Of a DNA stretch of 64,000 nt, positions 45,336-54,363 are shown piece after piece. The DNA comes from an uncultured delta proteobacterium (GTDB lineage Bacteria; Myxococcota; Myxococcia; Myxococcales; Myxococcaceae). Below the pieces are notes generated by a model. It did no database searches and was not told the DNA's origin. It saw only the letters and a list, made by a program, of their open reading frames with translations. Position numbers and translations under genes: made by a program. Each line of letters begins with the position of its first letter. Position 1 is the first letter of the stretch. Location: NCBI GenBank assembly GCA_963771175.1, contig CAVYSY010000030.1, positions 64,001-128,000 on the forward strand, read 5' to 3'.

Positions 45336-48300
45336 GTGAAACTGCTCGAGCAGGTGACGCTGCTCTTCCAGGAGGGGAAGAGCGACAAGGTGTACGAGGT
45401 GGACCTCCTGGAGGTCTCCCCGGGCCAGTGCGTGGTCAACTTCCGCTACGGGCGGAGGGGCACCGCGCTCAAGGATGGCTCGAAGACGCCCGTGCCCGTG
45501 CCCCAGGCCGAGGCGAAGCGCGTCTTCGACAAGCTCGTCCAGTCCAAGCTGGACTCGGGCTACCTGCGCGGCGGCGCACCCGGTGCTCCCGCCTCGCCGC
45601 CCGCGTCCCGTGCTCCCGAGCCCCCGCCTCCGAGGGTGGAGGCTTCGGCCGGCACCTCGCCTCGCGAGCGCACCCTGCTCCAGCAGCTCCAGCAGGAAGC
45701 CACTGCCCGGCGGTGGTTCCGTCGCGCCGACGTACGTGCCCAGCCTCGCAAGCTGGAGCGTGTCATCTGGCGCGCGGGCGAGCTGCGCCTGCGCGCCGCC
45801 GAGCCCCTGTTGCTGCCCCTGCTGGAGCGGGCCCAACCCCTGCGCGCCTACAGCATCGCCGCCGCACTGGGGCGCCTGGGCTCGGAGTCCTCGGTGTCCG
45901 CGCTCGGGCGGCTCTATGGGGAGGCCTCCACGCCGGACATGGTGCGCCGCATGGCCACCGAGGCGCTGCTGCAGCTCTCCGACGAGGCCACCCGCGCCGA
46001 CTTCCGCCGGGACGTGCTGGAGAAGCTGCCTCCCGCGTTGCGCGAGCCGGCCCGGGCCGGGAACGCGGAGGCCTTTGGCCAGGCGCTCGACGCGCACCTC
46101 GCCTCCGGGAAGGCGGACGCGCTCGACGTCCTCGAGTCCCTCTATCTGGTGGACTCGGAGACGGTGCGGCCCGTGCTGCTGCGCGTGCTGCGCACGGTGC
46201 CCTTCACCGTGCAGTCGGTGCGCGTGCTGCGCCACCTCTTCAAGGCGGCCGAGTACCGGCGCGACGGCGAGGTGTTCGGCCTCATCGCCTGGCGCTACGA
46301 GAAGGAGCGCTCGCTCGGGGCCAGCCGGCCGCGCGCCTACACCCTGGATACGCGCAAGTACCTCCGGCGCCGTGTGTGGCGCACGCTGCGCCGCCTGGGT
46401 GAGTTGGAGAGTCCGGACTTCGTGAAGATGGCGGTGGGCGTGCTGCTCGCCTTCAGCGACGCGGACGCGGTGCCCGTGGGCACCTCGGGCTGGAACTCCA
46501 AGACGTACTGGGACGCCTACGCGCCCTACTGGGCCTTCAACCAGGTGCTGTACGCGGAGAGCCCGCGCTACGAGCCCATTCCCAATCCGCTCCGCTTCCG
46601 CTGCAAGGGCTCGTTCCGGCCCGGAGAGCGGGCGCCCGACATCCGCGAGGAGGCCTTCCCCAAGCTGTGGGAGCGCACCCCGGCGGGCCTCCTGCACCTG
46701 CTGGACGAGAGCCGCTGCGCCCCGGTGCACGAGTTCGCCGCCCGCGCGCTGCGCGCCTGCCCGGACTTCCTCGCCCAGCTCGACGTGGACGTGCTGGCCA
46801 TGCTGCTGGAGCGGCCCTACGAGGCCACCGCGCGGCTCGGCTTCGAGCTGGCTTCTCGGCGGCTGGATGCGAGGCGCGAGCCCCGGGCCCTGCTGCTCGC
46901 GGTGGCGCGCTCGGTGTACGCGCCCGCACGCCAGCAGGCCTTCCGGTGGATGGACGAGCTGCGCCATGTCCTCGTCGAGGACTCCGGCTTCGTCGCGGGG
47001 CTGGCCACCGCGCCGCACGCGGAGACGCGCGCCTACGCCGCCAACATGGTGCGAGGCTCCGTGCTCTCCGCGCAGACGATGCAGGCGCTCGTGGGTCGGC
47101 TGGTGGCGGCGCTGCTGCCGATGAAGTCGAAGGAGGACGGCCCCGTCGCCGCGGACGTGGCCCGCGTGGTGCTCGCCGCGCTGGGGCCCTCGTCCCGGGC
47201 GGTGGGGCTGGACGTGGTGCGCGACCTGCTCGCCCACCCGGTGCCCGAGGTGCAGGAGTTGGGCGGCGAATTGCTCCTGCGCCGCGACCTGCGCACCGAG
47301 CCCGTGCCGGACGAGCTGCTCCAATTGTTGGTGCAGGCGGAGCACGCGCCGCTCCGGGCCCTTGGTCTGCGGCTGCTCGCGCTCCTCGCCGAGTCCGAGG
47401 CCACGCTGCTCGCCCAGGAGGAGCTCCTCACGCGACTGGCCACCAGCCGCGTGCCGGACGTGCGCGCCGCGGTGCGCCCGCTGCTCGGGAGACTCGCGGC
47501 CGCGAGCCCCGCCGTGGGGGCGCGGGTGGTGGAGGCCCTGCTGGCCGCGCTGCTGCGTCGTCGTCTGCCGGAAGGTGTGCCGGCCCATGTGGCCTCGGTC
47601 CTCTCGGAGGAGCTGGCGCCCGCGCTGGCCTCGCTGCCGGCCGAGACGACGTGGCGGCTGCTCGATTCCGAAGATGCCGCCGCGCAGGGCGTGGGGGCCG
47701 CGCTGCTCGCCCGCCGTGGCGCGGAGCTGGCGGTGGACGTGCCTCGCGTGGCGAAGCTCGCCGGACATGACGTGCTGGCGGTGCGCGAGTGGGCGTGGCG
47801 CTGGCTGGAGGCCCACATTTTCGAGGTGCGCACGGAGCTGTCCACGGCGGTGGGCCTGCTGGACTCGCGCTGGGACGACGCCCGCGCCTTCGGCTTCCGC
47901 TACTTCCGCGAGCGCTTCGCTCCGGAGGACTTCTCCCTGGAGGTGCTCGTCTCCGTGGCGGACAGCGTGCGCAAGGACGTGCAGGCCTTCGGGCGGGACA
48001 TGCTCACGCGCTCGTTCCGCGAGGAGGACGGGCCCGAGCTGCTCCTGCGCCTGTCCGAGCACCCCGCGCCCGCGCGTGCAGCTCTTCGCCACCAACTACC
48101 TGGAGCGCTTCGCCAGTGGGAAGCCGGCGCTGGTGGAGCAGCTCGCGCCGTACTTCATCCGGGTGCTGAGCCAGGTGAACCGGGGCCGCGTCGCGCGGCA
48201 GCGGGTGCTGGGCTTCCTCCAGCGCGAGGGCCGGAGCACCGAGGCCAGTGGCCGCGTGGCCATGGAGGTGCTGCACCGGATGTCAGCCACCATTGCTATA

Positions 48301-48408
48301 GAGCATCGGGCCGCGGCGCTGGAGGCGATGCTCGTCATCGCCAAGGCGCAGCCGTCCATTCCCATGCCCTTCCACGTTCGCCCGGTGGAGGTCCGCCGTG
48401 CAGTTTGA
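45336..48408 (+). CDS. WGR-domain protein with long HEAT/ARM-like helical repeats; apparent frameshift near 48072
   Basis: SDKVYEV..NFRYGRRG..KLDSGY (WGR); Leu/Ala-rich helical repeats (LLAHPVPEVQELG, LLDSRWDDARAFG). The C-terminus VQLFATNYLE..VRRAV ends at 48408 in another frame. Confidence 0.82.
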
Positions 48409-50047
48409 ATACTCCTACAAGGGCAACACCGCGGTGCAGAACCGGGGAGACAGCACCGAGCTGTCATTCGCGCCGGACCTCAAGCGGCAGCCCACCTTCT
48501 TCTCCGGCGAGCTGCGTCAGAACGTGGCCTTCCGCGAGGCCATCTCCGCGCTCCACGACGTGGTGGTGTCGGACCTGCGCTTCAAGCCCAAGGACAAGAC
48601 GGCCTACAAGGCCTGGGCGGCGCAGCGCGACGAGACGCTGGACGTGGAGGCCGTGCTCGCCAACCGCCAGGCGGTGGCCAGCCGGATGAAGGCCCTGCGC
48701 GAGGAGCTCACCGAGCTGGAGAAGGAGAGCTCCCGGCGCATGAGCGCCTTCTACTCGGCGCGCACGCGTTACTACCAATACCTCTACGAGAAGAACCGCG
48801 ACTTCTGGTTCGTGTTCGACCCGGTCATCACCGTCCACCCGGACGAGTGCTTCTTCGAGTGCTTCAGCCAGGACGAGTCGAGCTACGGCCGGCTCGGCGC
48901 CAGCTACGAGGTGTTCCAGAACGTCGGCGAGTTCGCCTGCGGCACCACCAACATCGACTACTCGTCGCCGCTCTACGACGAGTTCCAGAAGATCCGCACG
49001 TACAAGCGCACGCGCTTCGAGGTCGACCCGAGCGGCTTCACCACGCGGACGGGCACGGACGAGGCGTACAAGGAGGTGAAGATCGACCTCCCGGACTCGT
49101 GGGTGCGCGGCTTCCTGCAGGTGAACTCGGCGATGGCACTGCCGGCGGTGCGCTTCACGCTGCACCCCATGGATGTGCACAACTTCCTCTTCGTGCTCAA
49201 GCGGCACAAGGAGAAGAAGGGCCCGCGCTCCATGCGCTACAAGCTGGCGCCGGGGCAGCCGGTGAAGGTGGTGTTCGAGCCCTGGGGCACGGAGGTGGTC
49301 TGCCCGCGCTCGGTGTACGAGGGCGAGGGTACGCACGACATCCGCGTGTGGGGCCGCCGGCGCCTGGGTGTGCTGGAGCGGCTCATCCCGGTGGCGAAGC
49401 GCTTCACCGTGCACCTGCTGGGCTCGGGGCTGCCGTCCTTCTACGTGGCGGACCTGGGCGACCTGTCCTTCACCCTGGGCCTGTCCGGTTGGACGGCCAA
49501 TGACTGGTCCACCGCGGGCAACTTCGACCTGATGGCGCCGCGCGGGCAGGTGGACGAGTTCACCCGCCGCCGCGTCTTCGACGCGCTCAAGGAGACGTGG
49601 TCCGCGAGGCCCGAGGCGCTGGCCTCGAAGCTGGGGCTGGACCGGGGCGCGGTGCTCGGCGCGCTCTCGGCCTGGACGCAGGCGGGGCGGGCCATCTGGG
49701 ATTTGAACAAGGGCGTGTACCGGGCGCGCGAGCTGAGCCGCGAGCCGCTGCCCATGGACAGGCTGCGCTTCGCCAACGAGCGAGAGGAGCGCGCCACGCG
49801 CTTCCTGGATGCGGGGGCGGTGAGTGTGTCGGCGCGGCCCTCCAGCACGGATGGCTCGCTGGAGCTGAGCGGCTCGGTGAAGGAGGGCGGGAAGGTGCTC
49901 CGTCCCACTTTGCGACTCGACGGGGACCAGCGTATGGTTTTCGGCGAGTGCACGTGCAACTTCTTCCAGCAGAACAAGTTGTTCCGGGGGCCGTGCGAGC
50001 ACCTGCTCGCGCTGCGGCTCCAGCACTCACGGGTGTCTCGCACATGA
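48398..50047 (+). CDS. SWIM zinc-finger protein (retron-associated type)
   Basis: DPVITV, FFECFSQDESSYG, GTTNIDYS, LPDSWVRGFLQV, LGLSGWTANDW, C-terminal ECTC..GPCEH (CxC-Xn-CxH). Confidence 0.88.
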   Translation: MQFEYSYKGNTAVQNRGDSTELSFAPDLKRQPTFFSGELRQNVAFREAISALHDVVVSDLRFKPKDKTAYKAWAAQRDETLDVEAVLANRQAVASRMKALREELTELEKESSRRMSAFYSARTRYYQYLYEKNRDFWFVFDPVITVHPDECFFECFSQDESSYGRLGASYEVFQNVGEFACGTTNIDYSSPLYDEFQKIRTYKRTRFEVDPSGFTTRTGTDEAYKEVKIDLPDSWVRGFLQVNSAMALPAVRFTLHPMDVHNFLFVLKRHKEKKGPRSMRYKLAPGQPVKVVFEPWGTEVVCPRSVYEGEGTHDIRVWGRRRLGVLERLIPVAKRFTVHLLGSGLPSFYVADLGDLSFTLGLSGWTANDWSTAGNFDLMAPRGQVDEFTRRRVFDALKETWSARPEALASKLGLDRGAVLGALSAWTQAGRAIWDLNKGVYRARELSREPLPMDRLRFANEREERATRFLDAGAVSVSARPSSTDGSLELSGSVKEGGKVLRPTLRLDGDQRMVFGECTCNFFQQNKLFRGPCEHLLALRLQHSRVSRT

Positions 50048-50315
50048 GAAGGGGGAGGGTTCGCGCACGCGGCGGTCAGGGGGCAGTACCTTGCAATCCG
50101 GACGGTGTTTCGCCGTCCATGCCTCATGGCCTGTCATGCATCACTGGCCCGCTCTTCACTGTGCGGAGCCTCCCTCCCTGTCGCGGCAGCGATGTCGACC
50201 TCGTCGGTCCTGCGCGCGACAGGGAGGGGGCTCCGCTGGAGTTGAGACGGTCCAGTCCCGAGAGCAGTACGAAGGTGCTCTCTGACCGCCGCGTGGACGG
50301 ACTCTCCCCCTCTCA
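50045..50315 (+). ncRNA. Retron msr-msd non-coding RNA
   Basis: a1/a2 inverted repeat: perfect 14-bp core 50066-50079/50282-50295, extending imperfectly to 50045-50085/50276-50315. msr hairpin 50100-50118; long msd hairpin 50163-50236. Lies immediately 5' of a retron RT. Confidence 0.88.
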
Positions 50316-50325
50316 CTGACCCGCC

Positions 50326-51918
50326 ATGTCCTCCCAGCCTCCCCGCAGCAGACAGGAGCTGTACGACCGCATCCGCGCCGGCTCCAAGGACGAGGTCGTC
50401 CTCGAGGAGATGGTGCGCCTGGGCTTCTGGCCCGCGCGCAGCGGCATTCCCGGGGACCCGGCGGACGTCATCCACCGCCGCAACGAGCTGCAGGGGCAGA
50501 TTCGCGCGCTCGCCACCGAGCAGAGCCGGCTCGGCAACCTGGAGGCGATGAAGCGCGAGCTGCTCAAGCGGCGGCTGGAGGAGAGCCGGCGCAAGCAGCA
50601 GGAGACGAAGGAGCGGCGCGAGCGCGAGCGGCAGCAGCGCGCCGAGGCCTGGAAGGAGCGCAAGGCGAAGGAGGTGCTCTTCCTGGGCCGTGGCGTGTCC
50701 GGCGGCCTGAGCGAGCGCACTGCGGACGAGGTGAGGCTGGCGCGCCTGGGTTTGCCGGTGCTGGCCACCCCCGAGGCGCTGGCGCAGGCGCTGGGGCTGA
50801 GCGTGGGGCAGCTCCGAGCCCTGTGCTTCACGCGCACCGCGTCCACCACCAGCCATTACGTGCGCTTCCTGCTGCCCAAGAAGACGGGCGGCACCCGGCT
50901 CATCTCCGCGCCCCTGCCGAGGCTGAAGGCAGCGCAGGCGTGGGTGCTGGAGAACCTGCTGAAGAAGGTGCCTGTCCACGAGGCGGCGCACGGCTTCCGT
51001 GAGGGGCGCTCCATCGTCACCAACGCCCTGCCGCACGTGGGCGCGGGCATGGTGGTGAACCTGGATCTGAAGGACTTCTTCCCCTCGGTGCTGTACCCGC
51101 GGGTGAAGGGCGTCTTCGCCAAGCTGGGCTACAGCGAGGCCACCGCCACGGTGCTGGCGCTGCTGTGCACCGAGCCGGACGTGGAAGAGGTGGAGCTGGA
51201 CGGGCAGCGCTGGTTCGTCACCCAGGGCAAGCGGCGACTGCCCCAGGGCGCGCCCACATCTCCCGCGCTGACGAACATCCTCTGCCGGCGGTTGGACCGG
51301 AGGCTCGCGGGCGCGGCGCGCAAGCTGGGCTTCGTCTACACGCGCTACGCGGATGACCTCACGTTCTCCGCCCACGGGCCGGGGCCGCATGACGCGGGCG
51401 AATTGCTGCGGCTCGTGCGCTGGGTGGTGGGGCAGGAGGACTTCACCCCGCACCCCGACAAGACGCGCGTCCTGCGCCGGGGTCGGCAGCAGGAGGTGAC
51501 GGGCGTCGTCGTCAACGACAAGCCCGGCGTGGACCGCAAGACGCTCAAGCGCTTCCGCGCCCTGCTGCACCAGCTCGAGAAGACCGGGCCCGAGGGCAAG
51601 CGGTGGGGCCACAGCGGGGACGTCATCGCCTCGGCGGTGGGCTTCGCCAACTACGTGGCCATGGTGGACCCCGGGAAGGGCAAGGCGCTGCAGGCGAAGG
51701 CTCGCGCGCTGGAGTCCCGCTACGGGCGCCGCCCCGTCGCACCGCCTCGCGCGAAGAAGGTGGCCGCGCAGGCCGGGAGCACCGTGGCCGCGCCCTCGGC
51801 GGTTCCCTCCGCGGTCCCGGCCCAGGCTCCCGAGGCCCCGGTGGCGCCCGTGAGCAGCCCGAAGACCGAGGAGACACCCGCCGAGGCTCCGAAGAAGAAG
51901 TGGTGGAAGCTGTTCTGA
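50326..51918 (+). CDS. Retron reverse transcriptase (Mx162-like)
   Basis: PKKTGGTRLISAP, AAHGF, region X NALPH, LDLKDFFPS, LPQGAPTSP, YTRYADDLTFS, region Y QEVTGVVVN. Confidence 0.96.
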   Translation: MSSQPPRSRQELYDRIRAGSKDEVVLEEMVRLGFWPARSGIPGDPADVIHRRNELQGQIRALATEQSRLGNLEAMKRELLKRRLEESRRKQQETKERRERERQQRAEAWKERKAKEVLFLGRGVSGGLSERTADEVRLARLGLPVLATPEALAQALGLSVGQLRALCFTRTASTTSHYVRFLLPKKTGGTRLISAPLPRLKAAQAWVLENLLKKVPVHEAAHGFREGRSIVTNALPHVGAGMVVNLDLKDFFPSVLYPRVKGVFAKLGYSEATATVLALLCTEPDVEEVELDGQRWFVTQGKRRLPQGAPTSPALTNILCRRLDRRLAGAARKLGFVYTRYADDLTFSAHGPGPHDAGELLRLVRWVVGQEDFTPHPDKTRVLRRGRQQEVTGVVVNDKPGVDRKTLKRFRALLHQLEKTGPEGKRWGHSGDVIASAVGFANYVAMVDPGKGKALQAKARALESRYGRRPVAPPRAKKVAAQAGSTVAAPSAVPSAVPAQAPEAPVAPVSSPKTEETPAEAPKKKWWKLF

Positions 51919-51945
51919 GCCGGGCCTCGCGGTAGGTTCGCCGCC

Positions 51946-52203
51946 GTGAACGGGAACGGGAACGTCGTTGTCGCGGTGCTGGTGGTGGTGGGGTTGGTCG
52001 GGCTCATCTTCTGGGCCCTGCGGTTCTTCAATCCCGTCAACCGCCTGCGCAACCAGTACTTCCGCAGCGTCCGCCAGACGCGCCCGGAGGCCGAGCAGTC
52101 CCTCGCGCGTCACCTGGCTCGCCTCCAGGAGCGTTACCCCGGCAAGTCCGAGGCCTGGTACCTCCGCCGCGTCCTGGCCGATCTGGAGCGCGATCGGCGG
52201 TGA
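51946..52203 (+). CDS. Small single-TM hypothetical protein
   Basis: N-terminal hydrophobic helix followed by RYPGKSEAWYLRRVLADLERDRR; 27 bp after the RT stop. Confidence 0.65.
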   Translation: MNGNGNVVVAVLVVVGLVGLIFWALRFFNPVNRLRNQYFRSVRQTRPEAEQSLARHLARLQERYPGKSEAWYLRRVLADLERDRR

Positions 52204-53157
52204 TGGGTGGAAGGTTTCCTGAGCAGGCGCCGAGCGGAGAGCCCGCCCGCGTTTTGCTAGAGAGTACCCTCATGGCAGGGCAGGACTGAAGGGGGAGCCA
52301 CCATGACCCGAGAGCAGAGCAACGAGGTGACGTTCACCTCGATTCATTTTGAGAACTTCAAGGCGCTGGCCTCGTACCGCGTCCCCCTGCAGCGGATGAA
52401 TGTGCTTGTCGGAGCCAACAACTCGGGCAAGTCCACGGTCATCGCCGCGTTCCGGGTACTCGCTGCGGGCTTGCGTGCAGCCCGAGCGCGCTCACCTACT
52501 CCTTTCGACGGTCCGGGTGGACAGACACGTTGGGGCTGGTCCATCCCAGTTGATGAGCTGCCGATCTCCGTTGAGAACGTCCACAGCGACTACAACGATC
52601 GTCCATCTACCGTCACCTTTCATCTGTCGAACAAGAACAGGCTTCTGCTGTGGTTCCCCACGGAGCGTGGCTGCTTCCTGTTCCATGAGAGCGAGGGGAC
52701 CGCGATTCGGACTCCGAGCGCCTTCAAGAAAGCCTTCCCCGTTACCGTGGGCGTCGTTCCGGTCCTTGGTCCCGTGGAGCATGAGGAGCGGCTGGTCGAG
52801 TCAGGGACGGTGACTCGCGGACTCGCGACTCATCGAGCGTCCCGTCACTTCCGCAGCTTCTGGCGCCACTTCCCCGAGCAGTTCGAGGAGTTCGCTGCAT
52901 GGGTCCGGGAGACTTGGCCGGGCATGGAGATCAACCCGCCGGAAGAGGTGGTGATACAGGACGGCGCGCGCCTCTTCACGAACCTCTCCATGTTCTGCCG
53001 AGAGGAGCGCATTGATCGGGAGCTGTATTGGGTGGGGTTTGGATTCCAGATCTGGTGCCAGTTGCTCACCCATATCGTCCGCAACCGAGCATCCACCCTG
53101 CTCGTTCTCGACGAGCCGGAGACCTATCTCCACCCTGACGTGCAGCGAAAGCTCCTA

Positions 53158-54363
53158 GTGGACTGTCCGCGAAGTAATTCGACATAGTCAGGAGTGATGC
53201 CTGTCCACCCAATCGTGCATTTTGGGACGGGTCCAGGACCAAGTGAATGGGTGGGCGTAGAGGCGGTTGTACTCGGGCCAGCTCGCTTCGAGGTGGGCGA
53301 TGAGCTCGGAGCGGCTGGTCCAACTCCCTCGCTGGAGGTAGCGCTCTCCGAAGGCGCGCAGCAGTAGTTCGGCCTGGTTGAGCCAGGAGGAATGGGCCGG
53401 GGTGAAGAGCACCCGGACCTGGGGGTAGCCGTGCCGCAGGAAGTCATGCGTCTCCTGGGCAATGTGGCTGGAGCCATTGTCCCAGATGAGATGGATGCGT
53501 CGCGCCTCCCGGTGCTCTCCAAGCAGATGGGGCAGCACGGCCCGCAGACAGGCCCCGTCGTTGCGCTCCAGGTGCCAGCCTCGCATCCGTCCGGTGGGCA
53601 CCACCAGCTTCGCCAGGAAGTTCACAGTGCCATGTCGGATGTACTCGAACTCCTGTCTCTCGATGAGACCCGGCTCCATCGGGTGCGTAGGGCGACTGCG
53701 CTCCAGCACCTGGAGGTTGGGGAGCTCGTCCAGGCACAGCACCACCTCGCCCCTCTCGGCCAGGGACTGCGCGCGCTCGTAGCACCAGAGAACCTTCGCC
53801 GCCTTGTGGCGGAAGGTGTCGTCGGGGATGGGAGTCCTCCAGTAGCGGGAGCGGTGGGGTTGCAACGCAGCGTCCCGAAGGATGAGCGCCACGGTCGAGT
53901 GGGAGAGGGTCGGCGCGATGCCCTGAAGTCGAGCCGCCAGGGCCAGGCTGCGAGTGGACCAGTGGGTCATGTGCAGGCCAATGCCCGCTGGCTCACAGCA
54001 GGCCAGCCGCTCCACCTCGACGCGCTGGAGGGGGGGAAAGCCGCCGCGGGCGGCCTGGGCGAGGCGCATCATCGACGACCTCTACGCCCCGTTGCTCGAA
54101 GCGGCGGCACAGGGCCCAGATGGTCGTACGGTCCAGCTCGAGCCGGTCAGCCAGCTCCGAAACGATGGTGTCCGGCTCGTTCATCGCCAGCAGAATGCGT
54201 GCCCTGCGCGCGATGCGCTGCTCGATACGTCCGTCTCGTACCAGAGCCTCAAGGTAGGTGACCTCTGCTGGTGAGAGGTGGACAAGTCGCGGGGGGCGTC
54301 TCCTCATCCCACAGAGCTATGCATTCCCTGCGACTATGTCGAATTACTTCGCGGACAGTCCAC
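53158..54363 (-). mobile_element. IS630-family insertion sequence, 1206 bp
   Basis: Perfect 32-bp terminal inverted repeats (53158-53189, 54332-54363), TA duplication (53156-53157, 54364-54365) in a CTAG target. Confidence 0.95.
53188..54307 (-). CDS. IS630 transposase in two overlapping frames
   Basis: ORF A HTH (RRARILL..RFEQRG..DDAPRPGRP); ORF B DDE (CLDE, EYIRHGT, IWDNGSSH, FTPAHSSWLNQAE, PFTWSWT); TTTCCCCCCC at the junction near 54030-54039. Confidence 0.92.

Noticed and set aside
50163..50236. Long hairpin as a rho-independent terminator or REP element
   Set aside because: No U-tract, no other copy seen in the window, and it is nested inside the a1/a2 repeats as expected for msd.
50326..51918. 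RT as group II intron, DGR or CRISPR-associated RT
   Set aside because: NAxxH and VTG motifs and the upstream msr-msd fold indicate a retron; no maturase domain, TR/VR repeat pair or cas1 was seen.
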